From Alphaproteobacteria bacterium (lineage in GTDB: Bacteria; Pseudomonadota; Alphaproteobacteria; UBA828): 64,000 nt of DNA. The position numbers and the translations under genes were made by a program. Below are positions 59,724 through 64,000 of the stretch, piece by piece. A model generated the notes under the pieces. It saw only the letters and a program-made list of their open reading frames with translations. It had not been told where the DNA came from and did no database searches. Position 1 is the stretch's first letter. Each line of letters starts with the position of its first letter. The stretch lies in NCBI GenBank assembly GCA_963422645.2, contig CAXXVO010000007.1, positions 480,001 through 544,000 on the forward strand, read 5' to 3'.

Positions 59724-61247
59724 ATGAATGAGCAGGCGCCGGCGGTCGAGACCCGCGGCCTGAGCAAGGCGTTCGGCGCGACCGTCGCGCTCGACGACGT
59801 CTCGCTCGCCATTCCGCGCGGCGAGGTCCATGCGCTCCTCGGCGAGAACGGCGCGGGCAAGTCGACGCTGGTCAAGATCCTGAGCGGTCTCAGCCGGCCG
59901 GATGCCGGCGAGATCGCCCTCTTCGACAGCCCCGCACACATCCATACGCCGAAGGATTCTCACCGGCTCGGCATCCAGACCGCCTATCAGGAGATCTCGC
60001 TGGTCGGCGACCTCACGGTCGTGCAGAACATGCTGCTACCCTACGAGCCGACCGGCCCCAGCGGGCAAATCAGGCGGCGCGAGTCGGAGCGGCACGTGCG
60101 GCGCGCCCTCGCCGACCTCGGCCTCGACGATATCGATCTCCACGCCGAGGTGCGGACCCTGGCGCTGCCGACGCAGCAGAAGATCGAGATTGCGCGCGCC
60201 GTCTCTCGCAAGCCGCAGTTGCTGCTGCTGGACGAGCCCACCTCGTCCCTCTCCGGCAACGACGTGCAGTGGCTCGGCGCGCTCTTTGAGCGGCTGCGCG
60301 CGGAGGGGACCACCATCGTCTTCATCTCGCACCGGATGCCGGAGGTGCGCGACTTCTGCGACAGCCTGACGATCCTGCGCAACGGCCGCATGGTGGGGAG
60401 CTTCAGGTCCGACGAAATCTCCGACGACCGCATGATCGAGCTGGTGATCGGGCGCTCGCTCGCGGCGACCTTCCCGCCCAAGCCGGCGCAGCTGGCAAAG
60501 CGCGGCGAGGCGCCGATTCTGGCCGGCGATGGACTGGCCATCGAAGGCGGCGTGCAGGACTTCTCCTTCGACCTCTGGCCCGGCGAGATACTGGGCGTCG
60601 GCGGGCTGGAAGGCATGGGCCAGCGCGACCTCTTCCTCGCGCTCTTCGGCATGGTCGGGCTCAGTGCGGGCGACATCCGGATCGGCGGCCAGCGGGTGAC
60701 CCTGCGGACACCGAAGGACGCCGTGAACAGCCGCATCGGCATCAGCTTCGTGCCGGAGGACCGCAAGACCGAGGCGCTCTTCCTCGCGCTGACGGGGCGG
60801 GAGAACATCTCGCTTCCGATCATCGAGCGCTGCGTGCGCTTCGGCCTCGTGGACCTGGAGCAGGAAGCGCAGGCGGTGGGCCGGGCGCTCGACATGGTGC
60901 AGGTCGACCGGCGGGCGCTCTATAGCGCCTGCAACGTCTTCAGCGGCGGCAACCAGCAGAAGATCGCCATCGCCAAGTGGCTGCTCGCCGAGAGCCGCGT
61001 GCTGCTCATGTACGACCCGACGCGCGGGGTCGATGTCGGCACCAAGGCCGAGATCTACGCCCTCGTGCGGGCATACGCGGACGCCGGCGGGGCGGTGCTC
61101 TACTACTCCACCGACGTGCCGGAGCTCGTGAACCTCTGTGACTCCGTGATGGTGATCTACCGCGGCCGCAAGGCGGCCTCGCTCAGCGGGGCCGAGATCA
61201 CCGAGGCCAGCATCATGCGCGCGGCGCTCGGCGAGGGCTCCCGATGA
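59724..61247 (+). CDS. Rbs-type ABC ATP-binding protein
   Basis: GENGAGKST, LLDEPT, ISHRM, VPEDRK, SGGNQQK, DPTRGVDVG. Confidence 0.93.
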   Translation: MNEQAPAVETRGLSKAFGATVALDDVSLAIPRGEVHALLGENGAGKSTLVKILSGLSRPDAGEIALFDSPAHIHTPKDSHRLGIQTAYQEISLVGDLTVVQNMLLPYEPTGPSGQIRRRESERHVRRALADLGLDDIDLHAEVRTLALPTQQKIEIARAVSRKPQLLLLDEPTSSLSGNDVQWLGALFERLRAEGTTIVFISHRMPEVRDFCDSLTILRNGRMVGSFRSDEISDDRMIELVIGRSLAATFPPKPAQLAKRGEAPILAGDGLAIEGGVQDFSFDLWPGEILGVGGLEGMGQRDLFLALFGMVGLSAGDIRIGGQRVTLRTPKDAVNSRIGISFVPEDRKTEALFLALTGRENISLPIIERCVRFGLVDLEQEAQAVGRALDMVQVDRRALYSACNVFSGGNQQKIAIAKWLLAESRVLLMYDPTRGVDVGTKAEIYALVRAYADAGGAVLYYSTDVPELVNLCDSVMVIYRGRKAASLSGAEITEASIMRAALGEGSR

Positions 61248-63325
61248 CGCCGCTCGGCGCGCTACGCGCACCCTACCTGCCGCCCTTCAGCTGGTCGCGC
61301 CAGCGCGGCACGATCATCGCCATCGCCGTGTTCGCCGCCACGATGATCGCGCTGCAGCTCATCACCGGCCAGGGCATCGCCTATTTCGACATCAGTAGCA
61401 TCAGCGCGAGCGCCGCGACCCTCGCGCTCGCCGCCCTGGGCGAGACCATCGTCATCCTCGCCGGCGGGCTCGACCTCTCGGCCGGCGCCGTCATCTCGCT
61501 GGTTAACGTGGTTCTGGTCACCCAGCTCAGCGGCGCCGCCGATATGGGAACCGGCCTCTTCACCCTGGTTGCCCTCGTCATCGCGCTTGGCCTGGGTGCC
61601 GCCATCGGCGCGGTCAACGGCTTCCTCGTCGCCTACGTCCGCCTGCAGTCGATCGTGGTGACGCTCGCCACCATGTTCATCGCCCAGGGCGCGGCCCTGC
61701 TCGTGCTCAAGTTCCCCGGCGGCGAGATGCCGTGGGACTTCAGCCTGGTCTTCACCGGCGACGTCATCACCGAGGGGCTGCCGGCCCCGGTCGTCGTCCT
61801 TGCGGTCGCCATCCTGTTCTGGCTCATGCTCAAGAACACGCGGATCGGCACCGGCATCTACGCCATCGGCAGCGATGCGGGATCGGCCGAGGCCAACGGG
61901 GTCGACGTCCGCCGCACCCGCTTCCTCACCTTCACCTTCGCCGGCATGTGCTACGGCGCCGCCGGGCTCTTCATCACCGCCAACATGGGCGGCGGCGACC
62001 CGCTGATCGGCGCCAAGATGCTGCTGCAGATCTTCGCCGCCGTGGTAATCGGCGGCACGCTCATCGGCGGCGGCCGGGGCGGCGCCGTCGGCACGATCTT
62101 CGGCGCGTTGACGCTCACCGTCGTGGTCAACATCTTCCTCGTGCTCGGCGTGCGCACCTATTACACGCCGATCGTCGAGGGCGTGATCCTGCTCATTGCC
62201 GTGCTCGGCTTCTCCCTCGGCCGCGATTCGCCGGTGGTGGAGATCACGCGCTTCTGGCGAGCGACGCTGCGCGCGCTCAAGGAGTCATCGCTCCCCTCCA
62301 GGCTGCGGGTCGTGGGCGAGCCGATCCGCCTGAGTGGGTTGGACCCGCCGGCGGGTGGCGCCGGCGCGGCAACCGTCCCCTGGCTTGACCGGCACCGGGC
62401 GGTGCTGCGCTTCGCCGTGCCGGCCTACCTCATCTACCTCGTCATCCTGGGAATCACGATCGGCATCTTCGGCGGCGACTTCTCGCCGCTGGCCTACCTC
62501 AACGCCATGCTGATCCTGACCGCCTTCCTTGCGATCCTCGGCCTCGGCCAGGGCACGGTCATCATCACCGGCGGGCTCGACCTCTCGGTGCCATGGACCA
62601 TGACCTTCCCGGCGATCGTGGTCACCACGCTCTGCAACGGCGTCGATGCGCCGGCAGCGTGGGTGATCCCGGCGGCGCTCGGGATCGGGATCGCCATCGG
62701 CTTCCTTAACGGTATGACCATCGTCCTCTTCGGGCTCTCGCCGATCATCGTGACGCTGGCCATGAACGGGATCCTGGAGGGCGTGTCGCTGCTCTTCAGC
62801 TCGGGCGCACCCATCGGCAAGGCGCCGCCCTCGCTGGCCTGGTTCGTGACCGGGCGCATCGGCGGCATCGCGCCGATCGGCTGGTTCCTGATCGCCTTCG
62901 TCGTCGTCGCGACGCTTTACCTGAACAGGAGCGCGCCGGGACGGCGCATCTTCGCGGTCGGCAACAGCCAGCGCGTCAGCCGCCTCTCGGGCGTGCGGAT
63001 CGGCTTCCCCATCGTCGGCGCCTACGTGCTGAGCGGCTTCTGCTCGGCGTTGGTGGGCGTCTTCCTCGCAGGCTTCAGCGCCCAGGCGTTCTACGGCATG
63101 GGCGACCCCTACCTGCTCTCGTCCATCGCCGTGGTGGTGCTCGGCGGCACCCTCATCACCGGCGGCCGCGGTCACTATCTCGGCATCCTGGGCGGCGCAA
63201 TCCTCTTCACCGGCCTCGGCATCATGCTCTCCGGCACGGTCCTGCCCGAGGCCGTGCGCAACATCATCTACGGCCTCGTCGTCCTCGGCGCAATCGTCGC
63301 ACTCCGAGAGCGCACAAATGCATGA
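61244..63325 (+). CDS. Fused double Rbs-type ABC permease
   Basis: GGLDLS, IVTLA and V[IL]GGTLI.GGRG each occur twice within 693 aa. Confidence 0.88.
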   Translation: MTPLGALRAPYLPPFSWSRQRGTIIAIAVFAATMIALQLITGQGIAYFDISSISASAATLALAALGETIVILAGGLDLSAGAVISLVNVVLVTQLSGAADMGTGLFTLVALVIALGLGAAIGAVNGFLVAYVRLQSIVVTLATMFIAQGAALLVLKFPGGEMPWDFSLVFTGDVITEGLPAPVVVLAVAILFWLMLKNTRIGTGIYAIGSDAGSAEANGVDVRRTRFLTFTFAGMCYGAAGLFITANMGGGDPLIGAKMLLQIFAAVVIGGTLIGGGRGGAVGTIFGALTLTVVVNIFLVLGVRTYYTPIVEGVILLIAVLGFSLGRDSPVVEITRFWRATLRALKESSLPSRLRVVGEPIRLSGLDPPAGGAGAATVPWLDRHRAVLRFAVPAYLIYLVILGITIGIFGGDFSPLAYLNAMLILTAFLAILGLGQGTVIITGGLDLSVPWTMTFPAIVVTTLCNGVDAPAAWVIPAALGIGIAIGFLNGMTIVLFGLSPIIVTLAMNGILEGVSLLFSSGAPIGKAPPSLAWFVTGRIGGIAPIGWFLIAFVVVATLYLNRSAPGRRIFAVGNSQRVSRLSGVRIGFPIVGAYVLSGFCSALVGVFLAGFSAQAFYGMGDPYLLSSIAVVVLGGTLITGGRGHYLGILGGAILFTGLGIMLSGTVLPEAVRNIIYGLVVLGAIVALRERTNA

Positions 63326-63397
63326 CGCGCTCCGAGAGCGCGCGAGCGCCTGACGCTCCTCCGTCCGGTTCCCGCAGGCACCGAGGCTATGGCGCAG

Positions 63398-64000
63398 TCA
63401 GTGGGTGAAGCGCGTTTCGGTGTCTCCGGTGCCGAACTTGCGGCTCGCCTCGTCGCTCCATTCCTGACCGGACGCCTGGCTTGCGAATTTCTCTGACATG
63501 TAATCGCCGGCGGAGATCGGCGGGTACTTCACCGGCTGATCGGGCCCGTGGCAGGTCGGCAGACACTCGATCACCGCATCGTGGTTGGGCTCGACGAAGT
63601 GGCAAAACGAGAGGCGCCCGTTATCGGCGCCGGGCGGGTTGAGGACACGGTGCCGCGTTGAGCGCCACCGGTCGTTTGTCCAGCGCATCAGGAAGTCGCC
63701 GATGTTGACCACGAATGACCCGGCGATGGCCGGCACGTCCACCCAGGCACCGTCCGGGCCGCGCGCCTGCAGGCCGGCAGGCTTCTCCTCGATCAGGCAG
63801 ATCGTGAGGTTGTCGTAGTCCGAATGCTCGCCTGCACGAAGCTGACCCGCCTCGGGCGCCGCGCGCTGCTCTGGGTAATTCAGCACGCGCAGGATGCTGA
63901 ATCCCCGTTGGAGGCTGTCATCGAAATGGTCTTCGGGCAGATCGAAGGCGATCGCCGCGAGTCGGTGCAGGTGGTGACCCAGCTCTTCAAGGGCTTGGAA
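63398..64000 (-). CDS. Isopenicillin N synthase-family 2OG-Fe(II) oxygenase (5' end outside the window)
   Basis: LRVLNYP, RAGEHSDYD (HxD), VVNIGD..MRWTND..STRHRV, RLS. Confidence 0.88.
   Translation of the reverse strand, partial: FQALEELGHHLHRLAAIAFDLPEDHFDDSLQRGFSILRVLNYPEQRAAPEAGQLRAGEHSDYDNLTICLIEEKPAGLQARGPDGAWVDVPAIAGSFVVNIGDFLMRWTNDRWRSTRHRVLNPPGADNGRLSFCHFVEPNHDAVIECLPTCHGPDQPVKYPPISAGDYMSEKFASQASGQEWSDEASRKFGTGDTETRFTH

Overview
GC-rich alphaproteobacterial chromosome segment (two-piece permuted tmRNA, alpha-type SspB, ilvE-marR-ompR-envZ synteny). 1-34.9 kb is mostly housekeeping and transport: ilvE, a two-component system, proC, gpt, coxD/coxE-like genes, a sugar ABC operon, fumC, an aromatic amino-acid decarboxylase, sspB-ssrA-thyX, Moco genes, pgsA, uvrC and a Liv-type ABC operon. 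34.9-51.6 kb is an insertion-sequence pile-up that can be resolved to the base. It contains (i) an IS66-family element carrying a DNA adenine methyltransferase passenger; (ii) a head-to-tail IS66 dimer with an 8-bp junction spacer inside one target duplication; (iii) three tandem ribbon-helix-helix genes; and (iv) a four-level nest: RHH gene < IS21 < IS3 < two IS110/IS1111 copies, one inserted at the same position in each IS3 terminal inverted repeat. The IS110 non-coding end contains readable guide segments matching both the IS3 end (target) and its own circle junction (donor), consistent with a bridge/seek RNA programmed against another IS. 51.8-64 kb encodes two Rbs-type ABC systems, an amidase, a polysaccharide-deacetylase-family hydrolase and a 2OG-Fe(II) oxygenase. 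All calls come from reading the sequence; no database search was run.
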